Source: a virus (lineage: Duplodnaviria; Caudoviricetes). Taken from it: DNA of 64,000 nucleotides. The DNA is taken from positions 64,001-128,000 of IMG/VR virus record IMGVR_UViG_3300013383_000001; one strand, 5' to 3'. This document shows positions 40,062 to 50,654 of the stretch, piece after piece; position 1 is the first letter of the stretch, and each line of letters begins with the position of its first letter. The notes under the pieces are model-generated. The model was not told where the DNA came from, did no database searches, and saw nothing but the letters and a program-made list of their open reading frames with translations. The position numbers and the translations under genes were made by a program.

Positions 40062-43000
40062 ATGAGTGGTGAAAGTTGTTCAATAAATGTAGGAACTCGT
40101 ACCTTTAATTCATTTCAATTAAGAAATTTAGTCTATTCTACAGATATTTCAGATCCGTTTGCAGTAATACATGGATTATAGGATTAGGAATTTTATCCTT
40201 AGTATGAAACTACATTAAAGTTGTTTGAATTGTAGAAGCAAGGCAGAGAGTTAAGAAAGAAAATTAATACTTCTTTTAATACAGGTAATCTTGAGTTAGA
40301 ATTAGAAGAATCTGCAGATCAAGATATTATTACTATCTAGCAATTAATGCTTAGCGATATATTTGATGAAGTAAGCTCTGGAAGTAGATTTAATTTGGAA
40401 GAATATAAAGCACACACGATTCAACAACTTCAAAATACAGAAGGACTTACTGAAGAGCAAGCAAGAAAAAAAGTAGAAATATTGATTGATAATTGGATGC
40501 AAATTGCAAAAGATTCAGCAGCACTCCACAAAGCAATACAATTATATAATGAAGATGAGACCAAGTTTGAAGAACTTTGTATGTAGGATGAAGACATAAA
40601 ACCATATAAATTACTTCTTTCTTAGTTACATGCATCTATAACTAATAGTTTGAATACCTTTATTTAGAAGGGTATTTTGATGAAGGGATGTAGAATTGTA
40701 AATGGTCTCAATTTGGTTAGCGAAATGAAAGATTTGGATAAGAAATTATTCGGACACATTGACAAAATTATAATTGATAAATACAATGATGTATATATCA
40801 TTAATTACAAATTCACAGAAGGAGGATTTAAATTATCTACAACAAAATTGGAAAACTGTAGATATCAAATGGCTTTATTGACAGAAATGCTTGCAAAAAA
40901 AGGGATAAATGTTAGAAATATAAAGTCGTATGTAATTCCTGTTAAGTTAACATATAGCACTCAAGATGATTCTTTGTAGAATCTTAAAAAAGTATCGGTT
41001 GATTCTCCTTTTAATTTATCTATTTCTAACAATAGAAATAGATCTACAAAACATTTAAATACTGCGCGACATTTTATTGACGCTCCGATTTAGATTAAAA
41101 CAAGTATGTAGGATGTTAATGCTGTAAAAAAATAGATAGATTGCTTGTTTAGTTCTACTGATATAGCAGCTGATGGTGTAACAGTAATTCCAAAAGCATG
41201 GATAGCTAGAAATCGATCAAAAATTAAAGTAAGTAATTCCCCTGAATATGCATACGAAGTTAATTTTGGAGAAAATGATACTGCATATATAAAAAGCTCT
41301 GCTCCTCCCTCAAATAATTAGGAAATATTTGAAGAAATAATAAAAAGACAAAATGATTTATTAGAAGATGACGATTCAGTAGTAAGAACACTTGTTAAAA
41401 ATGTAAGAGCAGGAATCAATGGAGAAATGTTTAATTTATGTGAATCTGGAATGTTTGGTAAAGCAGGTTACTTCTTAAATAATTTATTTGGTCAATACTT
41501 TAAAAAAGACAAAGATGCTCCTCAAGAATATGAATTTATTAGAAATGATGTTCTAAATTCTTGTAATATTATATTAATCAAAAAAATAGGTAAAAATGGT
41601 ATGCCTGATCAAATAGATGTGTTTAGGATAAGTGGATTTGACTTAGATCAAAAAGTCAATCTAAAAAGAACATCACAACATATATTTGGAGATATATTAA
41701 GTTAGCTTGATTCAAAAGTTAAAGAATCAATCAAATATAAACCTACATACGGCAATATAGAAGCACTTGTAACAATGCTTTTATTAAATCAAGTACTTCC
41801 TAAAATATCTGGAGATTTCACATTAGGATCAGTCAATGTTGTTTCTACTAATTACACAGGACAATATATTCCTTATTCTGCTAGACAATTAAATACTGAA
41901 CTATTTTCTACAGCAACAGAAGTATTAAATGATTTTTCAGAATTAACTGTTAATAACAATTTCAGTAATTAGAAATTTGTAGATCCTATTGATTTAGTTG
42001 TTGAATAGTTTAGAAATATTATTTCAGATCCTGGAGTATATAATTCTGAAGTTGATAAATACGAAGACATGGGGTTTGATGATTTATTAACAGTAAACAG
42101 TAAAGAAGCTAAGTTAACTCTTCTTAGATCTCTTGCTAAAAAATTAGTTGAAGATAAAAATTGGTTAGAGAATTTTGAAGCAGTAAGAAGATCTAAAAAT
42201 GGATCAAGGTGGAATATACTATACAGAAGAATACTAGAAGCGATAGCTTATTATGATGTTGGAGAAGTAAGTTCTGTGGAAGAAAAAATGTCTTTTGCAG
42301 ATTCTAAAGGAATGATTTCTAGTAGAATTAGAAATAAAAATGTTCAATTAGTAACTGAATTATATACTAGAACTATCAATGAAATATCTGAAAAAGTGCA
42401 TATTAAATGGGAGCCTATTAGACAAGTATTCTTCTAGTTCTATAAAGATATGGGATATTCTACTACGAGGAATGCTGTAATAGGTGACTTAGTTAGAATA
42501 TTTGATGATCTATATGCTCAAGACGAAAGAGGAGAAAGAACTCTTAGACTTTTAAACCCATACGATAATGCAGATATGGCTCAAATTAAAGATAAAAGAG
42601 AAATTAAACGTAAATTTCTCAAAAGAGTATTATTTGAGTTCGCAAAGGTAAGATACCCTCAAAAAGGAATTGCGTTTAACTTTAAGAATGAGAATGATCC
42701 CGATCTTCAAGAGTTTATCAATAGACATAGACAGGATTATTTCAATATACCACTCACAAGAGCAAGTAAAAGTACTCGTAATGTAAAGATGAGTGTTAAA
42801 GAGAAATGGAAAGATACAGCTCGCCTTGCAGTTAAAATTATCAAACATCCTAAAGCAGCTTTTGAAGAACTTTATAATGATGTTGCTAATCCTGATGAAA
42901 GAAATTACTATGAAGATGCAGGTATAGGTAGTTTACAAGTTCGCAATAAATTCTGGAAAGGAGATGATCTTGATGAAAGAGATAATTACATTGCTCAACA

Positions 43001-44687
43001 AGGTGTTAATTACTTTGAAACTAATCTTGAATCATTACTTATTGACTATATAGAAAAAGATATTCAAACTAAAGGATATTAGAAAGCACTTCTTACAATT
43101 AAAGGTGTAATTCTTTAGTTGGATTTATTAAAAGGAAGTCCTAATCTTAAAGCAATTGCAGAACAAACTATTAAAGAGATAGAAGACTACGTTAAAGTCA
43201 ATGTGTTTAATACGTCTATTATGTCTAAGTTGTCTCAATAGATTATGGCAATATTAGCTATTCCTAAACGTATTGTATCTGATACATTAATTGGAGGCCA
43301 TGTAGTAGGAGGTGTCCGAGATGTTTTTCAAGGTACTTGGGAGAATATGTTGCGAGTGATTGTTAAGTTTGATACTAAGCTATCAGCTAAATCTTTAAAT
43401 AAAGCATACGTTGAAGTAACTAAGAATGTATTTAAAAATGCTAGATCTATCAACATAATTAATCAATTATGTTAGATATATCGTATTTCTAATGTGGATG
43501 TTGCTCGTATATCAGAAGGTTTGAAAACCGATAGAGGTATGGCTAATTTCAAGACTTGGTTATATGCTTCTCTTCGTAGACCTGACTTCCTTAATCGTAT
43601 GGTAATGTTTGTAGCGCATTGTATGGAAGATGGTGTGTATGATGCTTTTGATATCAAAGATGGTAGATTAGTATATGATTGGAAAAAGGATAAACGATTC
43701 AGCATCTTTGCAGCAGGTAAAACAAGCGATCCAAAATATAAAGAATAGATGGGTGCATATTATAATGCAGTAAGAGCATATAATGCAGATCACCCTGATG
43801 CTACCATTGGATTTAACCCCTTTGAAGAAGGAGCTACACCACTTCCTATGCCGTATTCTTTTAATGATGTTGAGAATATTAAAAAGGTTGCAAATAATAT
43901 ATACGGTTCATACGATAGAAGTACTCGGCAAGGAATTGAGAATATATTTATAGGACAGACATTTGGAATGTTTGCTACTTGGATGAATGGTATATATGCC
44001 AACTGGTTTACAAAGCCTGGAACTTACTCTACTGGTTAGTTTGAAATGCAACAAGCTAAAGATGATCAGGGTAACTTATTATACTTTGATATAATGGGTA
44101 ATGTGATTGTTCAAAGAGTAGACACAGATGGTAATGTAAAATATTACTATGATGGAACAGACACAGAAGTAACAGAAGGATTGGATAAAATAGTCCCTGT
44201 TATGGATAAAGTACCTATTCCAATACAAGGTATCTTCTATACTCTTAAAGAATGTGGTAAAGCCTTAAAGAATGGAGACTTTAAAGAAGAGATATGGTAG
44301 AATGATGTTAATAAAGCTAATCTTAAACGATTAATGGCAGAGCTATTAGCTTGGTTAATATTTGGAACTATTTATAAGTGTGTTCTCACTCCTGGATTTA
44401 AAGAATTTAAGAAAGGAATGAAGGAGCGAGATATACTTACAAATGCAATTACAGAGCTTATTTATAAATCATCATCTTCATCATATGATAGTTTTAAAGG
44501 ATTATATAATATAATAGATTTTGTTGGAAATGCTGATGGAACACCTATTTATAAATAGAATAATAGACTACTTATGGATTTAGGTAAAGTTGCTTTAGGA
44601 GATAAAGGATTCTTCGATGCTTTTAAAGGTAACATAGCCATATTTAAAAATTTCCAATATTCTATATCAGCAGAAATGAAAAAATAA
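40062..44687 (+). CDS. Giant virion cargo-like protein (~1541 aa) with N-terminal PD-(D/E)xK-like domain, TAG=Gln
   Basis: Eleven + strand track ORFs (40347 to 44334) share one frame; ends at TAA overlapping the next ATG. Confidence 0.75.
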
Positions 44688-46297
44688 TGGGAATACTAGA
44701 CACTTTAACTGAACATTTAAAGAAACTGAATGGAACTCCTTCTGGTAAACCTTCAAACTTAATAAGTGAAATTATTTAGGTGGGGGGGGTGAATTTAGTT
44801 AAACAACAATTTTCCCCAATGGTAGAAACCTTTTCAAATATGTTTCCATCTTTTACAAATTCGGGTGAATATACTGTTAAATCTGGAGATAATCTTTGGA
44901 ATATTGCTAAGAGTCATGGGATAAGTTTAAAAAAATTAAGAGAACTTAATCCACAATAGAAAGGAGATACTATACATGTTGGAGATAAATTGAAAGTGAA
45001 AGATGGGAATAGTTCTAAAGGAATGCATGCAGTAGATATAGTGGAAGAAGAGCAGAGAGAAAAAGAATATAATAAATCCAATGCTACTGCTATATTTAAT
45101 TTTAAGCATAATGGATCATTTATAGTTGTAGACAAAGCTAATACTAGATTAACAGTATATGATAAAAATAACAATCCATTATTTACTACTACAAATATTG
45201 CATCTGGAGCTTCTGGGAATGACTACAATACTATAACATATACTGATGATTCTGGAGATCTTAAGGATATGATGGGTAATAATTCTACTCCCGCCGGAAT
45301 AACATATATTGGAAGTATATCTGATTATCATGGTCGTCCTTCTTTTACCAGACAGAGACAAAATAGAGATGGGTCTCGTGAAGATATTGCTTCTTCTATG
45401 CATTATAGTAGTAATACTAGTAAAGCACATATAAGTAATGGATGTATAAGAGTTGGAGGAGACGATATGAAGAAAATTGCGAAATACGTAACCGAAGGTA
45501 CTCCAATTTATGTACTTCCTGAAAAACCTGGATCTAGATTTGTATTACGAGCAGGAAAACTAAATTATATTGCAAATAATCCATACGGAGTTGATACTGG
45601 TGAGAAGAAGTTATGGGATGATTATAATGTATATATAGATAAATCATATAATCCTATAACTATTGAACTAAAAAATAGAACACTAGACCCAACTTATAAT
45701 CACAATGCTACTGTATTTGCAGAAACAATTTCTAGAAATAAATATCAAGTTTAGAAATAGTTTAATTTGAGTAATTATGAATACAATAAATTGGCACAAC
45801 TTGCAATGGGTATTGCTGATCAAGAGTCAAAATTTGGTACTTCTACAAAATATAAGATGAAAAATGGAACATCTATGAATTAGGATCTGATAGCTGTAAA
45901 ACACTTCTTTGTAGATCATCTTATAAAAGGTAAACCTCTTGTTTCAAATAGTAAAGGAATTACTCAAATTAAATATGGAGATGATATAAAAAACAAGGAG
46001 CTACAAAATTTATATAATTAGTTTGGAATACACAGAGGAGATGATTTAGATAGTATTGAAAATAGTGCAAAAGCCACTATGATTAGACTTGCTTTTATTT
46101 ATAATTCAGAAATAAAAGGAAGAAATTTTACAGGAGCAGGAAATAAACCTATTTCTCCTTGGGATGCACTACTGTATATATATAATGGAACTAAGTATAA
46201 CTTAACTAATAAGTCTGCAACCCCTGAAGTAAATAAGTATATTAAAAATATAAATCGTTACGCTAATAATTTCAAATATACAGAATATAGATATTGA
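44687..46297 (+). CDS. Cell-wall enzyme: LysM + L,D-transpeptidase (YkuD-like) + lysozyme/transglycosylase-like domain (~536 aa), TAG=Gln
   Basis: YTVKSGDNLWNIAKSHGISL (LysM); IVVDK...TPAG...MH...SNGCIRV (YkuD); GIADQESKFG...KGITQIK (SLT-like). Confidence 0.8.
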
Positions 46298-46355
46298 AAA
46301 AAATAAGGGAGAACCCTAGGTAATTAAACCTAAGATTCTCCCTTTAACTATTTTT
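46297..46355. terminator. Probable bidirectional terminator at end of + arm
   Basis: AAGGGAGAA...TTCTCCCTT stem with an A-run before it and a T-rich tail after. Confidence 0.7.
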
Positions 46356-46439
46356 AATGTATGGAAAATGCACTACAAAGACATTCGATGTTCTACTAGT
46401 GCCAAAATTAGGCACTGTTAGTGTATCTGTATAAAACTT

Positions 46440-46502
46440 AAAAAAAAATAAAAATAAGGAAGCATAGATTCATATAGAATCTACACTTCCCTTTAGTTTT
46501 TT
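46440..46502. terminator. Second terminator at the convergence, probably for the - arm
   Basis: GGAAG-CA-TAGATTC / GAATCTA-CA-CTTCC stem flanked by a long A-run and a T-run. Confidence 0.65.
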
Positions 46503-46530
46503 ATTTAAATGTAAGTTAATGTTATTAACT

Positions 46531-46998
46531 TCATTTGGTTATTCTTACTTTCTTACATGCTGCAGTTACTCCTTTGAGCGGAACTATCAACTTTGTTACT
46601 TCACCATTTCCATAATATATACACATAGTATTATTTTTTTTCAGAAGATTTAATAAAGTCCTGTCATAATCATCGAAAACTATTCTTAGATAAGAACCGT
46701 CCTTGTCTTTAATACTTACAACTTTAAAATCATCAAGAGATTGAAGTTCAGTTGAATCATCAAAACTTATAATACAAGTCATATAGTATGTTGTTTCTTT
46801 TTTAGGTATGCATGCACCATAAGGACTAATATTTGTAAGAATAATAAGTTGATTATTTTTAAGATTGTACATAGTTACAAAATTAGAATAGTAATCTGTA
46901 TAAGAAACACAGTTACCTCCTTCATATCTCCAATATGCCGCACTTATAGAACTAACACTACATACAAACGCAATAAATATAAATATAAGTTTCTTCAT
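46531..46998 (-). CDS. Secreted/periplasmic hypothetical protein
   Basis: Signal-peptide-like start MKKLIFIFIAFVCSVSSISA. Confidence 0.7.
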   Translation of the reverse strand: MKKLIFIFIAFVCSVSSISAAYWRYEGGNCVSYTDYYSNFVTMYNLKNNQLIILTNISPYGACIPKKETTYYMTCIISFDDSTELQSLDDFKVVSIKDKDGSYLRIVFDDYDRTLLNLLKKNNTMCIYYGNGEVTKLIVPLKGVTAACKKVRITK

Positions 46999-46999
46999 A

Positions 47000-47743
47000 T
47001 TAAATATAGTAATTATATTGTTCTTCTTTATCTTCATTTTGTTTAACTAATTTCTCAATTAGCTTTTGACTCTCTTTAAGTTGATCTTGTAAAGATGCAC
47101 ATACTTTCTGAAGTTCTTTAATGTCTTCAGAATTTTGAGTGATTCTTTCTTCATGATTCGCAATAGCCCAAATTACTGCTTGACCAAGATCATTGAGGTG
47201 ATATAACTTAGTATCTGTTTTACAACCTGTTTCAAAATCCCTTAACTCATTCTCAATAACGGATAAATAATTCTTTCTAATTAACTCATTATTACATTTG
47301 CGAATTGTAGATTCAGGCATATTTATATGTTTAGCAAGTTCTACATTTGGTAAAGAAAGTTTTCCATATCCTTCTACATCTTTATACATGTACTGTTGAG
47401 CAGCAACTAAATATGACTTTGTAGTAAATGATACATCATCTTTATTTATAAATTCTGGACTAAATGGTTCAAATTTCTTATATTCATTAAAAATATATTC
47501 TTTACCTCTACCTTTAGTTTTAATCTCTATGTATCCATTCTTTTCTAGTTCCTTAAGACTATTCTGTATAGTAGGAATACTTGCACCAGATCGTTGGCTT
47601 ATCTTGGTTAAAGACGGAAAACATCCATCCTTACCATCAAATGATTTCAATACTGCATAAATAAGTTGATCCCTTGGTTTTAAATCAGTTTCTCCCATAC
47701 CATTTGGAACTTGATAATGTTGTTTACTTTCTATATTTTCCAT
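47000..47743 (-). CDS. Tandem winged-HTH protein, probable replication initiator
   Basis: CFPSLTKISQRSGASIPTIQNSLKELEKNGYI plus a second HTH (NVELAKHINMPESTIRKCNNELIRKNYL) and a coiled-coil tail; adjacent to iteron-like repeats. Confidence 0.65.
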   Translation of the reverse strand: MENIESKQHYQVPNGMGETDLKPRDQLIYAVLKSFDGKDGCFPSLTKISQRSGASIPTIQNSLKELEKNGYIEIKTKGRGKEYIFNEYKKFEPFSPEFINKDDVSFTTKSYLVAAQQYMYKDVEGYGKLSLPNVELAKHINMPESTIRKCNNELIRKNYLSVIENELRDFETGCKTDTKLYHLNDLGQAVIWAIANHEERITQNSEDIKELQKVCASLQDQLKESQKLIEKLVKQNEDKEEQYNYYI

Positions 47744-47847
47744 ATATCATCAATTAAAATTAAACATCTTCATCTACATAATCTATATGCGATATTACAT
47801 AAATATTTATAAAGTACAAAAGTTTAGTATGTATAATCTGTTTTTAA

Positions 47848-47962
47848 AATCTGGTGCGAATCACTCGCACCATTTTGCATGATCATCGCACCAGATTGTA
47901 AGGTCGTCGCACAGGATTGCATATAACTATACTTAAATACTATACTTATAACTATACTTAAA
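47848..47962. repeat. Iteron-like repeats plus AT-rich repeats (putative origin)
   Basis: TCGCAC core at 47865, 47886 and 47907 (21-bp period) with an inverted copy at 47848-47859; ACTATACTTA at 47926, 47939 and 47951. Confidence 0.7.
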
Positions 47963-48112
47963 CGTTCCGTATATTTCATTTCTAAGACACCCATACATCG
48001 ATTTTCAGACACAAGTTGATGAGTTATGTTACCATGAATTTGAGAATCGATATATGAGCCTCTATGAAAATCAACTATCTGTAGATGAAATATTTAACTT
48101 TATATAATGATT

Positions 48113-48535
48113 TCAAATCAATTTTCTCTTATCCTTAATCTTAAAAAGTACAATAGGTGCTTCATCCATTTTATCTTCTCCAAACCATACTTCATTTCTA
48201 AAGTCATATATAATATTCTTATCTTTTGAGTACTTCTCTTTAAGAAGATTAAATTTATTATCAGCTTCTTCTTTAGTAAGATTATCATACTGTTCTAAAT
48301 CAGTATCTTTAATAACTGGAGGATTTACTGGACCTCCATTTATCTTAGCAATGACACTATATACTTTATTATCATCTACAGTATTACAATCATCAGATAT
48401 AAATATTATATTACATATATCATCTACATCTTTTGAATGCATTAGAGTATCGAATAAGCTCAATAAATCATTAGCTGCAATATAGCGTTCAGATCTATTA
48501 AAATATTCTACTTTATAAAGGTTATTTTTAATCAT
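48113..48535 (-). CDS. Hypothetical protein
   Basis: ORF with ATGA coupling to its neighbour. Confidence 0.7.
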   Translation of the reverse strand: MIKNNLYKVEYFNRSERYIAANDLLSLFDTLMHSKDVDDICNIIFISDDCNTVDDNKVYSVIAKINGGPVNPPVIKDTDLEQYDNLTKEEADNKFNLLKEKYSKDKNIIYDFRNEVWFGEDKMDEAPIVLFKIKDKRKLI

Positions 48536-48870
48536 ACAAATTCATGCATTACTTCATCGAGTACTTCTCCCATCACATTCAATCTAATACTTACATCAAT
48601 CATCTCAGGACTATGTTCAAAGTCAGTATCAAATTCATCACATACTTCTCTAATTAGATCCCAGTTATGGCACAAACATTCTTCTGCTTTCCAAGCATTA
48701 CACCAATATGAACCAGATATATTACCTGTTACATCATCAGTTTCATAAAATGTGTCATAGAGATTTTCTCTGATCTCTTCATAATCATCCTGTGTAATAA
48801 TTATATCATTCTCGTTGATATAATCTCGTATATCATCCTTTACGGCTTTATAATAATCGTATTTCATCAT
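48532..48870 (-). CDS. Acidic hypothetical phage protein
   Basis: ORF with ATGA overlaps; DDVTGNISGSYWCN motif. Confidence 0.7.
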   Translation of the reverse strand: MMKYDYYKAVKDDIRDYINENDIIITQDDYEEIRENLYDTFYETDDVTGNISGSYWCNAWKAEECLCHNWDLIREVCDEFDTDFEHSPEMIDVSIRLNVMGEVLDEVMHEFV

Positions 48871-49157
48871 TTGATTCCAATAATTTCCCAATCAACAAGT
48901 GTAGAGTTATTACTAAACACAGGAGGATCAGCAATAGTTATTTCACAAATCTCATAACTTCCAGTATGTCTATTACAAAGAAGAACAACATCTCCCTTTC
49001 TCAAGAGAGGTGCTGTTCTATAGTATTCTCCATTTAAATATACTCCATTACCTTTAATGATGAGTGTACCTAAATTAGTTTCTATTCTTCTAGGCATTAT
49101 TTTAAAATACCCGATCAAAGCAATAATTATAAATAGTATAATTAGAAGCGGTATCAT
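48867..49157 (-). CDS. Membrane-anchored hypothetical protein
   Basis: N-terminal hydrophobic helix; ATGA overlaps. Confidence 0.65.
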   Translation of the reverse strand: MIPLLIILFIIIALIGYFKIMPRRIETNLGTLIIKGNGVYLNGEYYRTAPLLRKGDVVLLCNRHTGSYEICEITIADPPVFSNNSTLVDWEIIGIK

Positions 49158-49819
49158 TTTTCTACTATTTTATCATATAAATAAACTAAAGCATCTGTAG
49201 TAAGTCCGTGAGAATCATATTCTGTAAATATTTTTTCATCATTCTTTACAGTATATCCTTCAAGGATAATATGATTATACTCATCAAGTTTAACTGATTC
49301 TACCCAGAGATCTTGATGATCATAATTAGAAGGATCATGATCATCATAATTGATGAGTGTATCCTCCATTACAATAGGCTCCTCAAACAGAATCTTACCG
49401 TTCTCTTTAATCATATTAAAAATATATGACCAAATGATTCTATAGAATGCTTCTACAGTAGGACGAATATTATTTGCTTTCTCAATTAGCTCTTTAATAG
49501 TAGACTGTTTTAAATCTACTAATGAAATGCAATCACCAACATAAAATATATCTCGAATATCAGATTCGCCTTCTATTGCTTCTTGTGGGGATTTAGCAAT
49601 TATATATGCAGAAGTATAACCACTATATTCTACATAGTACACCTTAACTATAGTGGAAGTATTTTTAATAATATAATCTTTAGATACTGTCTTTATAAAT
49701 TCCATATTACTTCCATCTGTACACAATGAAGAAGCAATACTTTTTATATCGTTTGCAATGTAAAATTTCGATTGAGTATCCTTATAAGTAGGATTGTTGT
49801 ATTTTGCTTTATATAACAT
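49154..49819 (-). CDS. Hypothetical protein
   Basis: 221-aa ORF in a tightly packed operon. Confidence 0.7.
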   Translation of the reverse strand: MLYKAKYNNPTYKDTQSKFYIANDIKSIASSLCTDGSNMEFIKTVSKDYIIKNTSTIVKVYYVEYSGYTSAYIIAKSPQEAIEGESDIRDIFYVGDCISLVDLKQSTIKELIEKANNIRPTVEAFYRIIWSYIFNMIKENGKILFEEPIVMEDTLINYDDHDPSNYDHQDLWVESVKLDEYNHIILEGYTVKNDEKIFTEYDSHGLTTDALVYLYDKIVEK

Positions 49820-49823
49820 ATTA

Positions 49824-50654
49824 TCAATAATTAGTAATTAAAACTTCATCTGTAAGGCTTCCTTTATTAACTGCACTCCATTGACAATAATCATAATTCC
49901 TATTCAAATGATGTACATTATATTTCTCACACCATTCTTTAAGAATATCATTAGACTTCTTCTTATTTTCTAATACATTACTTAAAGCAAACTTAACACC
50001 TTGTTCATTAATATTATCTAGAAACTCTAATAGTTTAACCTCTTTATCTTTATTCCACGGATCGTTCACATTATAAAATGGATATGTAATCAGATAAGGA
50101 GGATCACAATATACAAAATCTCTAGATGTAAGAGAACTTAGATCTATATTATCATACGATGTAGAACAGAAAGTTATATTCTTAATACTATCCAGAAATA
50201 TATCTAGATTCTTTTGGATATTAGGATTAAACCAACTTTTATTATTTCCAAAAGATTGATTAAACATTCCATTCTTAGCAAATCTAAGTTGATGATTATA
50301 ACAGAATACTATAAGTACAAATAGATCTAAAGGATTAGGATTCTTATTATAATCATCTCGAAACTTTAAGTATGCTTCTTTATCTGTCTTAGATAATCCA
50401 TACTCTTCTATTCTATTATTTATATGCTTAAATACATCTTCTTTCGACATCTTTTGAAATGTAGTATATATATCTATAACAGGTTTTTGTATATCATTTG
50501 CTATTACTTTACCTGCTTTTACGTTTATAGCAACTGTTGCTCCACCTGTAAATAAATCTACAAAATATCTAATATACGAAGGAAACAAAGGTAAAATTTG
50601 TGGGAGGAGTGTAAACTTTCCTCCCACGTAATTTAATGGACTTCTTTTATACAT
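49824..50654 (-). CDS. dam: DNA adenine methyltransferase, Dam/D12 class
   Basis: SPLNYVGGK, FVDLFTGG, VIANDI and FVYCDPPY motifs; ends EVLITNY. Confidence 0.9.
   Translation of the reverse strand: MYKRSPLNYVGGKFTLLPQILPLFPSYIRYFVDLFTGGATVAINVKAGKVIANDIQKPVIDIYTTFQKMSKEDVFKHINNRIEEYGLSKTDKEAYLKFRDDYNKNPNPLDLFVLIVFCYNHQLRFAKNGMFNQSFGNNKSWFNPNIQKNLDIFLDSIKNITFCSTSYDNIDLSSLTSRDFVYCDPPYLITYPFYNVNDPWNKDKEVKLLEFLDNINEQGVKFALSNVLENKKKSNDILKEWCEKYNVHHLNRNYDYCQWSAVNKGSLTDEVLITNY

Noticed and set aside
104-45430. Minus-strand track ORFs in the + arm (e.g. 104-442, 8054-8347, 21540-21980, 26401-26727) and off-frame + ORFs (2389, 6291, 9763, 31488)
   Set aside because: They are shadow ORFs of long recoded genes and have no recognisable motifs.
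1-46297. Mass pseudogenisation or sequencing errors fragmenting + strand genes
   Set aside because: Breaks are TAG only and frames are preserved across them. The only frame changes inside a gene coincide with group I introns.
47824-48012. 62-aa ORF over the repeat region, or a mini-CRISPR reading of the repeats
   Set aside because: The ORF lacks an ATG start and overlies the repeats. The 21-bp period leaves no spacer-sized unique sequence and no cas genes are present.
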